Below, piece by piece: positions 49,248-57,439 of a stretch of 64,000 nucleotides of DNA. Positions within the stretch are counted from its first letter, which is position 1. The number at the start of each line of letters is the position of its first letter. Below the pieces are notes generated by a model. The model searched no databases and had not been told where the DNA came from. It worked only from the letters and a program-made list of their open reading frames with translations. A program made the translations under genes and the position numbers. Source of the DNA: Shigella phage SH7; sequence record KX828711; one strand, given 5' to 3'.

Positions 49248-50216
49248 TTATTTCAGAAGAGTAACCTCAGCAATTTCTTCCCAACCGTTTTTGTCGGTCA
49301 TAATAAAGTCAGCAAGATAAAGTGCAGTACGCAGTGAAACATTGCGTAAACGATTAACATTAACTTTCATCCATGATAATGCTTTATAAGTTTCTTCATC
49401 AGAAAGACCACGTTTTTGCATCATGTCAGTTGAAAGAATAACATCTTCAACCCTGACCATAATTTCTTCATTAGTGTGAACACCCAAATCTAAATAAACT
49501 GAGCGGGACACTAATGCTTGTAAATGTGGAGCAAGTTTAGTACCACGGTCTAATTCGCGGTCAATGTCAACGTTTGTGATAAAAACAATCGTTCCTTTAA
49601 ATTCAAACTCACGCTCAATGCCTTTTTCTTCTAAGTAAGAAGATGCGGTGCTCCAGCAGACTTTACGGGTCTCTCCAGTGTCCAGAGCAGCTTTCAGAAG
49701 ATTAAGAATGTCCATATCAGAGAAAACATCCACATCATCAATCAAAAGGACAGAATTCTCTTCACGATTATTCCAAAGCTGTTCATAAAGACCGATACCA
49801 GAGATTTTACCATTAATGCTTTTATACTCAATGTATCCAATATCATTTGCTTTATTTAAAGCTTTATCTAAAGAATACGTTTTACCAATACCTGCTGCTC
49901 CCGAGATAATTAATGAACGAATGTTTCCGTTAATAATACCATTCGTCATCATTCCCATAACATTAAATCTTTTATTAATGCGGGTTTTCATATCTTCATA
50001 CGATTCTTTAACTTCTTCAACTTTTACACCATCATATGAAATGTCTGATTTGTAAACCCAAACACCGCGACGTTTACCGTCAATTTCAACAAAAACTTTA
50101 CCATCTCCTTGTGCATCTACCGGAGCATTATCTGGGAACCATTCGCCTAAGAGCTCAAAAGTTCCAGAGATTTCTTTACCGAAGTAGATACCCTTATTGA
50201 TAGTTACAGTTTTCAT
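49248..50216 (-). CDS. P-loop ATPase (AAA-like) with about 100-aa N-terminal domain
   Basis: Walker A SGAAGIGKT, Walker B VLLIDDVD. Confidence 0.55.
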   Translation of the reverse strand: MKTVTINKGIYFGKEISGTFELLGEWFPDNAPVDAQGDGKVFVEIDGKRRGVWVYKSDISYDGVKVEEVKESYEDMKTRINKRFNVMGMMTNGIINGNIRSLIISGAAGIGKTYSLDKALNKANDIGYIEYKSINGKISGIGLYEQLWNNREENSVLLIDDVDVFSDMDILNLLKAALDTGETRKVCWSTASSYLEEKGIEREFEFKGTIVFITNVDIDRELDRGTKLAPHLQALVSRSVYLDLGVHTNEEIMVRVEDVILSTDMMQKRGLSDEETYKALSWMKVNVNRLRNVSLRTALYLADFIMTDKNGWEEIAEVTLLK

Positions 50217-50273
50217 TTTATTCTCCTTTGATTTGATAGGACTACTATAACATAGTCCTATCAGTTTGTATAC

Positions 50274-50474
50274 TTATTTTGACATTTCTTCGATGTCACG
50301 ACGATACCCGTCACGAACTTCACGAAGAGCTTCAAGGCCACACATAGGCTCGATACCTGTAATGTGAACTTGATTAATCTGATACTCTACATCTTCTAAC
50401 TGAGCGAAAACATAACGACGTTCAGCTGCACAACCAGATTTAGCTTTACCGAAACGTTTATTCAAAGTAGTCAT
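50274..50474 (-). CDS. small hypothetical protein
   Basis: 66-aa ORF with own early promoter. Confidence 0.4.
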   Translation of the reverse strand: MTTLNKRFGKAKSGCAAERRYVFAQLEDVEYQINQVHITGIEPMCGLEALREVRDGYRRDIEEMSK

Positions 50475-50512
50475 TTTGTATCTCCAATTTACTCATTTGT
50501 TTTGATAGGTCT

Positions 50513-50542
50513 ATAGTATCAACAACTACAGACCATGTAAAC
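50513..50542 (-). promoter_or_regulatory. early promoter (TTTACA, 17 nt, TACTAT)
   Basis: sequence. Confidence 0.55.
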
Positions 50543-50569
50543 CGTTTTGTGAAAAATTTTTGAAATAAA

Positions 50570-50587
50570 AAAGGGAGCCCGAAGGCT
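50570..50587 (-). terminator. intrinsic terminator: UUCG-tetraloop hairpin plus U-run
   Basis: gggagcc-cgaa-ggctccc followed by T6 on minus strand. Confidence 0.65.
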
Positions 50588-50592
50588 CCCTA

Positions 50593-51606
50593 TCATTTAT
50601 AATAACTTCGATGGTTTTCAAGATAGACCTTCTCAAGGAAGTCATCCCAAAAACCCATGTCCACTTTTTGCTGCATACCGTTCTTAGAAGCTTCAGTAGA
50701 TGCTGCTTCTACTTGATCGACCACATCTTCCAAAAACTCTTGAACGGTTTTAAATGGATGTTTACCCAACTTCACGTCGAGAATAAATGGAGCATCTTGG
50801 AGTGGATAAACCAAGTCACCAGTTTTGTAAATTTCCAATAGTTGAAGTCCACCACGACAGGCATGGCTCAGAGCTTTCCAGTCAATGCCTTCGTTGGCTT
50901 CGGCCTTACGAGCACGTTCACCATATTCAGCATCTAATTTGTTCAGTGACTGCTTAAGCTCAATAAGAGAAAGCGTTGTCTGATATTTACGACCCAACAC
51001 AGTGTAAAACGTTTGTGGGCCTGTTTTCTCATGATTATGGAACACCCATTCACAGAATTCGTTTTCTGGAAGACGATGCTTAATATCTTCAACTTTGGTG
51101 TGACGCTGCTTAATAGAACCATCTTCTTGGTAATCAATCCACTGCTCAGGGATTTGATTAACTATTTTCAATACATCGCGTAATGCAGCCAAACGAGAAC
51201 CCTTGACACCGTATTTAGAAGCTTGCTTGCGAACATATCCTAAATAGGATTTCATGTTAGTCGTATAAAAACGAGAACGGTTGTCTTGAATAAACTTCCA
51301 CACATCAGGCAAATCAGATTTAACCACTAGTTCAGGTGGAGTGTGAAGCATATCCAATGCTACAGTTTCACCATCTGCTGCTAATTTAAAGAAATATTTA
51401 AGACTGTATAGTTCATGGTCAATATCATCTTTAGTGTTTTTAGATGATGTGTTGTTAGTGTTTTTACTCATGTGCTCTTTAACATTTCCAATAAGAATAT
51501 CACGAGCAGGAGGAACAAAAATTTCTTTAAAATCTACATCAGATTCTGGGGTAGAAGTTCCATAAAGATGACTACCAAAATAGCTTTTCATTACTGTTTT
51601 CATCAT
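50593..51606 (-). CDS. Pol-beta-superfamily nucleotidyltransferase-like protein (337 aa)
   Basis: N-terminal signature YFGSHLYGTSTPESDVDF (hGS-x9-SDxD); helical C-terminal domain; specific family undetermined. Confidence 0.5.
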   Translation of the reverse strand: MMKTVMKSYFGSHLYGTSTPESDVDFKEIFVPPARDILIGNVKEHMSKNTNNTSSKNTKDDIDHELYSLKYFFKLAADGETVALDMLHTPPELVVKSDLPDVWKFIQDNRSRFYTTNMKSYLGYVRKQASKYGVKGSRLAALRDVLKIVNQIPEQWIDYQEDGSIKQRHTKVEDIKHRLPENEFCEWVFHNHEKTGPQTFYTVLGRKYQTTLSLIELKQSLNKLDAEYGERARKAEANEGIDWKALSHACRGGLQLLEIYKTGDLVYPLQDAPFILDVKLGKHPFKTVQEFLEDVVDQVEAASTEASKNGMQQKVDMGFWDDFLEKVYLENHRSYYK

Positions 51607-52064
51607 TCAGCCTTATATTCAATAACAGGACATACTTTAGCTTTACGAGATTTTAAAAATTCAACGATAATCGATTTCTTGGGTTGAATAGGAGGTAAAC
51701 CTTTATACGCTCTATCAATATTTTCTACGTGTAAAGCATAATCCTTTTTCCATTTATAATCTTTATATTTTTCACGCAAATGTGCAGGAATAACAAATGA
51801 ACCGATAATAAGTAAAACAACCAAAAGCGCAAGTATAAATGCTGATGGAAGCAAAGTCCATAAACTACCAAAAATAAGCCAACGTTGTAGGCTTTCTGCA
51901 CAAATAATTGTTAGCCCTACGAGTATAGCACATCCAAAAATAGAAACGAAAAATGTAGGAATGGCAATAGACCAAAAATATGCGCATAGTGTCTTAGGTC
52001 GTTGCCATTCATCGTTAAACAATTTGAATAATTTATAGTGCCAAGAGTTTTCATTAATAATCAT
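51603..52064 (-). CDS. multi-pass membrane protein, translationally coupled to the NTase gene
   Basis: 153 aa; two long hydrophobic blocks; ATGA stop/start overlap. Confidence 0.45.
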   Translation of the reverse strand: MIINENSWHYKLFKLFNDEWQRPKTLCAYFWSIAIPTFFVSIFGCAILVGLTIICAESLQRWLIFGSLWTLLPSAFILALLVVLLIIGSFVIPAHLREKYKDYKWKKDYALHVENIDRAYKGLPPIQPKKSIIVEFLKSRKAKVCPVIEYKAE

Positions 52065-52066
52065 AA

Positions 52067-52588
52067 TTATCCTTTCATTGAAGGCGTAACAGTTGTTAAA
52101 TACTTAATCATAGCTTCAGCTTCTGATTTTGATAATGAAATTTCTCCATTGTTTTGACGAATAGAAATAAAATCCGGATGACGGTCACCACCAGCTTTTA
52201 AAACACACATATAAGTATCAACTTCATCTTCAATATTTGAAATGATTGAAGCAGTTCCACATGAATGCGGTTTTTGATAAATCAATGCAGCTTTTCTTCC
52301 GCCATTTGACTGTTCATAAACTTTTAATACATCAAACAAATCACTTCTTTTATCAATAGCTAAAATGTTATTTTCATCTTCAATGTTAAATCCTTCGGAT
52401 ACTTCATAAAGTGTCACCCATAAATCGCCAATATCAATAACAGCGTTCACTTTTCCATGACTTTCAAGAGCATGACAAATTTTCTTGATTTCGTCATAAC
52501 TCATTTTAATAATATCATCTCCTTGAATAAGAAAGATGTCATTTTTAAATTCAACACGAATTAAACCACTTCCACTTGAAATAAACAT
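52067..52588 (-). CDS. hypothetical protein, tandem paralog A
   Basis: 173-aa ORF; shared motifs with next gene. Confidence 0.45.
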   Translation of the reverse strand: MFISSGSGLIRVEFKNDIFLIQGDDIIKMSYDEIKKICHALESHGKVNAVIDIGDLWVTLYEVSEGFNIEDENNILAIDKRSDLFDVLKVYEQSNGGRKAALIYQKPHSCGTASIISNIEDEVDTYMCVLKAGGDRHPDFISIRQNNGEISLSKSEAEAMIKYLTTVTPSMKG

Positions 52589-52594
52589 ATTTCC

Positions 52595-53140
52595 TCACTT
52601 TGAAATCATAGTTGGAATGACAGAATCAAGATAAGTCTTTAGTGCAATAGCTTCGTCTTTGGTAAATGTGACAATATGTGCTCGAAAATCATCAATTTGA
52701 CGAATAGTTAAGACATCTCCATCTTCATAACATTTTGATACGTTTAAAACAGTTTCATCATTCTGATCGCAAGCGTTAGTAATAATAGCATTGCAATTTT
52801 TAAACCATTTTAAACTATGTTTTCTTTCATTAGAATAATAAAAATATTTAATCTTATCTATAAAACTATCCCAATGGATAACTGATAAGCATATTGACTC
52901 GCTTTCAATATTAAATCCTGGGCATGAAGAATAAAAATGAATTTTATGCTCATCATTAATGCTTACAATTTTATCAGTATAAGGATTTTCAATTTTGGTT
53001 AAATGAATGATTTCACTAGGCGTAAAATACAGCATATCGTCTTCTTGTGTCAAACGATACATATTATTTACTTTTTCTATAGCCAATTCACCAAAAAGTG
53101 AACTAACTTCTAATACTAATCGTTTCGCCGCTACCGTCAT
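52595..53140 (-). CDS. hypothetical protein, tandem paralog B
   Basis: 181-aa ORF. Confidence 0.45.
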   Translation of the reverse strand: MTVAAKRLVLEVSSLFGELAIEKVNNMYRLTQEDDMLYFTPSEIIHLTKIENPYTDKIVSINDEHKIHFYSSCPGFNIESESICLSVIHWDSFIDKIKYFYYSNERKHSLKWFKNCNAIITNACDQNDETVLNVSKCYEDGDVLTIRQIDDFRAHIVTFTKDEAIALKTYLDSVIPTMISK

Positions 53141-53272
53141 TACATACTCCTCTGAATCATATCAATAATGTTGTTCACCAGATTATAAGTAAACATTGGG
53201 TAATTATATTGAATCACCACATACACAACAAACAAAACTTTCATTCTCTTCTCCTTGGCAGTTGACAAGATT

Positions 53273-53302
53273 ACTATACCATAACCTTGCCAACTTGTAA
53301 AC
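53273..53302 (-). promoter_or_regulatory. early promoter (TTTACA, 17 nt, TATAGT) heading the 53.1-50.6 kb operon
   Basis: sequence. Confidence 0.55.
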
Positions 53303-53467
53303 CATTAAATGACGTTTTCGATAAAATTCTGAAGCTTTGTATGAGCATCAACCATGATTTTCATTTCTTCCTTTGCGAAAGCTGTACCTCTTTCACGAGA
53401 AGAACATTCATAGTCAGAAACTGCATTAGCATATTCTTCAATTAGCTTCATTAAAAACATCTGCTTT

Positions 53468-53662
53468 TCAGTTTTCATTATTCCACCTAATCATTTCAAG
53501 ATATTGAACTAACTTAGCTTTGGATTTATCCAAATCCTTTTTAGCTGCTTCTATACCGTCGTATGAATATCCTTCACAATGCTCAACTGCTAATTGATAT
53601 GAATCTATTTCAATATCACGTGCTAATTTAATGATTTTTTCAAACTGTTCGCGTGTTAGCAT
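53468..53662 (-). CDS. small helical protein (M-x-T/S-R/K-EQ family)
   Basis: 64-aa ORF. Confidence 0.4.
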   Translation of the reverse strand: MLTREQFEKIIKLARDIEIDSYQLAVEHCEGYSYDGIEAAKKDLDKSKAKLVQYLEMIRWNNEN

Positions 53663-53664
53663 AC

Positions 53665-53868
53665 TTAAACTCTCGTATTATGATCGATAATTTCATCAAG
53701 AAACATATCTAACGCTTCTACAGCATTATTAACTTTATCTTCAAGTTCTTCAATACTTTTATTTGCAATGCCTGACGAAAACCAAGCAAAGTCACTAAGT
53801 TCCTCATCTGCTTTACGAATTAAAGCTACCAATTCCTTAATTTTATCCGCTTGTTCGATACTAATCAT
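53665..53868 (-). CDS. small helical protein (same family)
   Basis: start at internal Met [13 protein letters not shown]. Confidence 0.4.
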   Translation of the reverse strand: MISIEQADKIKELVALIRKADEELSDFAWFSSGIANKSIEELEDKVNNAVEALDMFLDEIIDHNTRV

Positions 53869-54056
53869 TATTCCACCACATATGAAAGAGAGAATATTGC
53901 ACACGCCATGTGAGTTGCAACTTCATCACACATATTATAACGTTTCTTAAGAAATTCTACAAGTTCTTCACTAGTAACTTCATCCATGTCGACGAAAAAA
54001 TCACCATTAATGATGACGTAGATATTTCCTTCTTGATTAAGTGCTTCAATTTTCAT
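53868..54056 (-). CDS. small acidic protein
   Basis: start at Met 16 MKIEALNQ; upstream is promoter. Confidence 0.4.
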   Translation of the reverse strand: MKIEALNQEGNIYVIINGDFFVDMDEVTSEELVEFLKKRYNMCDEVATHMACAIFSLSYVVE

Positions 54057-54084
54057 GATGTTCTCCTCTTTATCCGATAGTTGT

Positions 54085-54114
54085 ATAGTACCACAGCTCA
54101 AACGGAAAGTAAAC
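54085..54114 (-). promoter_or_regulatory. early promoter with conserved TGGTACTATACAACTATC core
   Basis: third copy of the conserved cassette. Confidence 0.6.
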
Positions 54115-54129
54115 CGGTAAAATGAAAAA

Positions 54130-54147
54130 AGTCTCCCGAAGGAGACT
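54130..54147 (-). terminator. intrinsic terminator: UUCG hairpin plus U-run
   Basis: agtctcc-cgaa-ggagact then T6. Confidence 0.65.
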
Positions 54148-54151
54148 AATG

Positions 54152-54538
54152 TTATTCGAGGGAAAGAAGATACTTACTCTGGTAAAACATTCCAGTAATA
54201 TCATCTATCGTGCTTTGGATGGCTGGAGGCATTTCTTTATAAATGCTGTTAGATTGGTCTAGTATGTGATCAATCATTTTAATTGTGTCGGTAGGAAGTT
54301 TACTGGCATCTGGAATTGAAGGTGTGTATTTTCTACCAGAATACCCCAAATATTGCTCACCAAATTTATCAATCAAATCTGGCAACTCGGAGAAAATAAA
54401 ATCGTATGCTTTGTGTCTAGCATAACTTTTAGTTTCAAAATGTGCAGAATGAAAATAAGCTTGTGCAGCCATTAATAAACCTAAGTATTCATCTGCCTTT
54501 GAAGGTTTTCCACTTTGTGAAAAGTCGCTGAATTTCAT
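54152..54538 (-). CDS. hypothetical protein (rI.-1 position)
   Basis: 128-aa ORF. Confidence 0.45.
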   Translation of the reverse strand: MKFSDFSQSGKPSKADEYLGLLMAAQAYFHSAHFETKSYARHKAYDFIFSELPDLIDKFGEQYLGYSGRKYTPSIPDASKLPTDTIKMIDHILDQSNSIYKEMPPAIQSTIDDITGMFYQSKYLLSLE

Positions 54539-54828
54539 TCAGTCTCCAATTTAATGTTCATAATTCTAGCGTATGATTGTGCCATCTCCGCGCCTCGTTC
54601 TATACATTCAAAATCAGAAGAGCACGGGTCATTTTTATAGGTCGTTCTCATAAAACTATAGAATTGTTCAGACGATTCTACGCTTTTATTTTCAAAAAGC
54701 ATATAAACGTGCCTAATACCAGATTCCATAAATTTATCAAAATGAGGATCGACATTCGCTTCAATCGATGGAGATAAAACAAATGACAATCCTAGCATGG
54801 CAAATAGTGCCGTTGCTTTTAAGGCCAT
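54535..54828 (-). CDS. rI: lysis-inhibition regulator RI (antiholin)
   Basis: 97 aa; N-terminal signal-anchor segment; size and position match T4 RI. Confidence 0.7.
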   Translation of the reverse strand: MALKATALFAMLGLSFVLSPSIEANVDPHFDKFMESGIRHVYMLFENKSVESSEQFYSFMRTTYKNDPCSSDFECIERGAEMAQSYARIMNIKLETE

Positions 54829-54840
54829 AAAGGCCTCCTA

Positions 54841-55053
54841 TCATTTTTGTCCTGTATTTACTTTATGCCGATGCACGGCCTTAACTTTATCAAGGTATTT
54901 TTCAAAATTTCGCAATCTAGTATAGTCTGCCGGAGATTGGTTGAGTGATACTTCTCGACGCAAAGCTGAAATAACATTTCCAACTTCCCTACGAATTTCA
55001 TCTAATTGAAGCACAGTAAGATTGCGAAGTTGCTTTTCAGTTAATTGTAACAT
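54841..55053 (-). CDS. small hypothetical protein (rI.1 position)
   Basis: 70-aa ORF. Confidence 0.4.
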   Translation of the reverse strand: MLQLTEKQLRNLTVLQLDEIRREVGNVISALRREVSLNQSPADYTRLRNFEKYLDKVKAVHRHKVNTGQK

Positions 55054-55095
55054 ATATACCCCTTTAGTTAGATAAACCTATTTATAACTTTTGCA

Positions 55096-55677
55096 CTAAC
55101 CGAGCTTTTTAGTTAATTCATTCCAATGTTTTCTACACAAAGAAACATAAATTTCATCGCCAATACAGATTTGATTACCCTCTTTAACTGGTGTTCCATC
55201 TTCCATTAATCGAGCTGTCATAATCGCTTTTTTACCACAATGACAAACTGCCTTTAGTTCAATAAGTTTATCTGCAATCGCTAAAAGTTCTTTAGAACCT
55301 TCAAACAATTTTCCAGCGAAATCAGTCCTTAATCCATAAGCCATAACAGGAACATTATATGTATCAACAATTCGGCTCAATTGATGCACCTGTTCAGTTT
55401 TTAAAAACTGAGCTTCATCTACAAATACGCAATGAATATCTTTTTGTGCTTCAGCCCATTTATAGAACTCGAAAATATCCATATCATCTGTAATAATATT
55501 CGCTTCCTGCTTAATTCCAATGCGAGAAACGACTTCACAGACAGAATCGCGAGTATCAATAGCAGGCTTAAGAACTAATACACTCATTCCACGTTCTTTA
55601 TAATTATGTGCAGCAGTCAAAAGAGAAGCAGATTTTCCAGCATTCATTGCTGCATAAGTAAAAATTAAACTCGCCAT
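55096..55677 (-). CDS. tk: thymidine kinase
   Basis: 193 aa; Walker A NAGKSA; C-terminal Zn motif CHCG...C. Confidence 0.85.
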   Translation of the reverse strand: MASLIFTYAAMNAGKSASLLTAAHNYKERGMSVLVLKPAIDTRDSVCEVVSRIGIKQEANIITDDMDIFEFYKWAEAQKDIHCVFVDEAQFLKTEQVHQLSRIVDTYNVPVMAYGLRTDFAGKLFEGSKELLAIADKLIELKAVCHCGKKAIMTARLMEDGTPVKEGNQICIGDEIYVSLCRKHWNELTKKLG

Positions 55678-55678
55678 C

Positions 55679-55867
55679 TTAGTCCTTAGTTAAATTTTCT
55701 AAATATGTTTCTAAATCATTTTCAACTTTATCGATAGATTTTACTAATTCGTAATATGTTTCGGCATCTCCATATTCAGAAGATATTTCAAAAGACAAAT
55801 CCTTTTCTAAACTAATAATTTCACCAACTAAAAATAATATTTCGTTCTTTTGTTCGCGAGTAATCAT
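55679..55867 (-). CDS. small helical protein (M-x-T/S-R/K-EQ family)
   Basis: 62-aa ORF. Confidence 0.4.
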   Translation of the reverse strand: MITREQKNEILFLVGEIISLEKDLSFEISSEYGDAETYYELVKSIDKVENDLETYLENLTKD

Positions 55868-56049
55868 AAGGAATTTATATAATTAATAAGTTCTTGTTCT
55901 TTATTATCGAATTCTTTAGAAAGTTCTTCGTACTCGTTTGCACTAAAAGGACCGCATTCATTACAAACTTTTTCCAATTCACTATTTTTATCCATAACTT
56001 CGTGGATAAGAGAAAAGAGTTTGTCTTTTTGTTCTTTGCTTAGGCTCAT
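55864..56049 (-). CDS. small helical protein (same family)
   Basis: 61-aa ORF. Confidence 0.4.
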   Translation of the reverse strand: MSLSKEQKDKLFSLIHEVMDKNSELEKVCNECGPFSANEYEELSKEFDNKEQELINYINSL

Positions 56050-56219
56050 ATATTAATTTCCAGAAGTTTTAAAATAATTCGCTTTTGCTTAAATATTTCC
56101 ACAGTTAAATGATCAGTATCTTTTTGACCAATTCCAATGGCAAAACCTTTATTAACAGCGAGTTCAATTAAATTATCAAGTTCACGTAACACTTCATATT
56201 GTAACTCAGAACTATTCAT
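56046..56219 (-). CDS. 57-aa hypothetical protein
   Basis: own translation MNSSELQYEVLRELDNLIEL...; ATGA overlaps at both ends. Confidence 0.35.
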   Translation of the reverse strand: MNSSELQYEVLRELDNLIELAVNKGFAIGIGQKDTDHLTVEIFKQKRIILKLLEINI

Positions 56220-56428
56220 TTCGGTTTACCTTCTTTAACGAAATCTGGATAAGGATAAAATCCCGAATAAAATCCTTCACCTTTATGATTGATGCATCCT
56301 TTATTAGAACAATAGCACCAATAATCGAAATCACAAACCATTTCATCGTTGCATAAAGCAAAAACAACCGGCCATTTACACTTTTCACAGTGGGCATTTT
56401 TAAGAATACTAGTTTGGCTCATAACCAT
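56216..56428 (-). CDS. Cys-rich small protein
   Basis: 70-aa ORF with 9 Cys (CEKCKW...CNDEMVCDFDYWCYCSNKGC). Confidence 0.4.
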   Translation of the reverse strand: MVMSQTSILKNAHCEKCKWPVVFALCNDEMVCDFDYWCYCSNKGCINHKGEGFYSGFYPYPDFVKEGKPK

Positions 56429-56646
56429 GTCACCTTTAAGCAGTATTCTTCTACATGCTGTTTACGACCTTTCTTATCAATAAAGGTATATTCAACGAAT
56501 GTTCCAATGTAGTCTTTATCTACATCATGTGGACTATTAATTGGACATTTAGTACGGCAAATGCGTTCCCATTGACGAATAATTACTGCCTTATTCTTTG
56601 GGTCATACGGATGTGGATAATGTATATTCATAATAACGGTTCCCAA
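56419..56646 (-). CDS. small hypothetical protein
   Basis: 75-aa ORF. Confidence 0.35.
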   Translation of the reverse strand: MGTVIMNIHYPHPYDPKNKAVIIRQWERICRTKCPINSPHDVDKDYIGTFVEYTFIDKKGRKQHVEEYCLKVTWL

Positions 56647-57095
56647 TCAACAATCACAATTTCTAATTTAGAGGAATATGTATCTAAAATCCCCTCAATA
56701 ATATCCCAGTTCCCTTTACCTATGCCTGCTCCAATCCTAGGCATATAAATTGTAGGTTTAATCAGTTTATTTTCACCAAACTCATTTAATTCTAACATAC
56801 AATTCATTAAAGCGGAATACTCAAAATTTGGCCCTGGTTGAAATTGAGTATAAAGATTAAAGCAATACGCTTTATGAGTCCTAAAGTATTTTTCATAGAC
56901 TGAGTAAGAACCGAGTTTAGTTACATCACCCCATTCAGTCTGTAATTTATCAGCTTCCAAAATTTTAGGGAAAGCTTTGGTTAATTGACCTGCGACTCCA
57001 GCTTTCATCGCGTGAAAACAATTACATCCATGCGCAATATTTTTACCTTCAGCGAAAAGGGCGACAATATCGCCCTTGATATATTTTACAATCAT
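56628..57095 (-). CDS. macro-domain-like protein
   Basis: 155 aa; GDI...AHGCNCFHAMKAGVAGQL and PRIGAGIGKGNW resemble macro-domain NAAN/GGGV and G-I-G-G loops. Confidence 0.45.
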   Translation of the reverse strand: MIVKYIKGDIVALFAEGKNIAHGCNCFHAMKAGVAGQLTKAFPKILEADKLQTEWGDVTKLGSYSVYEKYFRTHKAYCFNLYTQFQPGPNFEYSALMNCMLELNEFGENKLIKPTIYMPRIGAGIGKGNWDIIEGILDTYSSKLEIVIVDWEPLL

Positions 57096-57439
57096 CTAGT
57101 ACTCAATCCTCGATTATAAGAATCTACCAAACGGTCAACCATTGAATGACAAGCGGCTTTATCTTTCTCCTCCGCAACTGAACATTCTAAGGTATTCCAC
57201 TTTTTAGCATATCGTTTTAATAATGTATCGTTTTTGTATCTACTTGATTTATCTCTTTCTCCGTCTTTATATGCATATATTAATTTCTGTGCAAATTCAG
57301 CTTGACATGCTTTATTTTTCCCACAATAATCTGCCGCAGTGCGGTTTACATATTCTCTAATTTCAGTATATGATGTATCTGCTGATGCAGAAGCAGAAAA
57401 TGAAATTAATCCTATACATAAAACCAAAATTTTAGTCAT
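57092..57439 (-). CDS. secreted hypothetical protein
   Basis: 115 aa; cleavable signal peptide; conserved Cys pairs. Confidence 0.4.
   Translation of the reverse strand: MTKILVLCIGLISFSASASADTSYTEIREYVNRTAADYCGKNKACQAEFAQKLIYAYKDGERDKSSRYKNDTLLKRYAKKWNTLECSVAEEKDKAACHSMVDRLVDSYNRGLSTR

Noticed and set aside
23665-54101. N-terminal extensions MFTRLFFHGTIQLSTN / MFTRPFLCGTIQLSTTEE / [14 protein letters not shown] on three track ORFs
   Set aside because: They are translations of the conserved early-promoter core (GGTACTATACAACTATC); true starts are the downstream Met codons with SD sequences.
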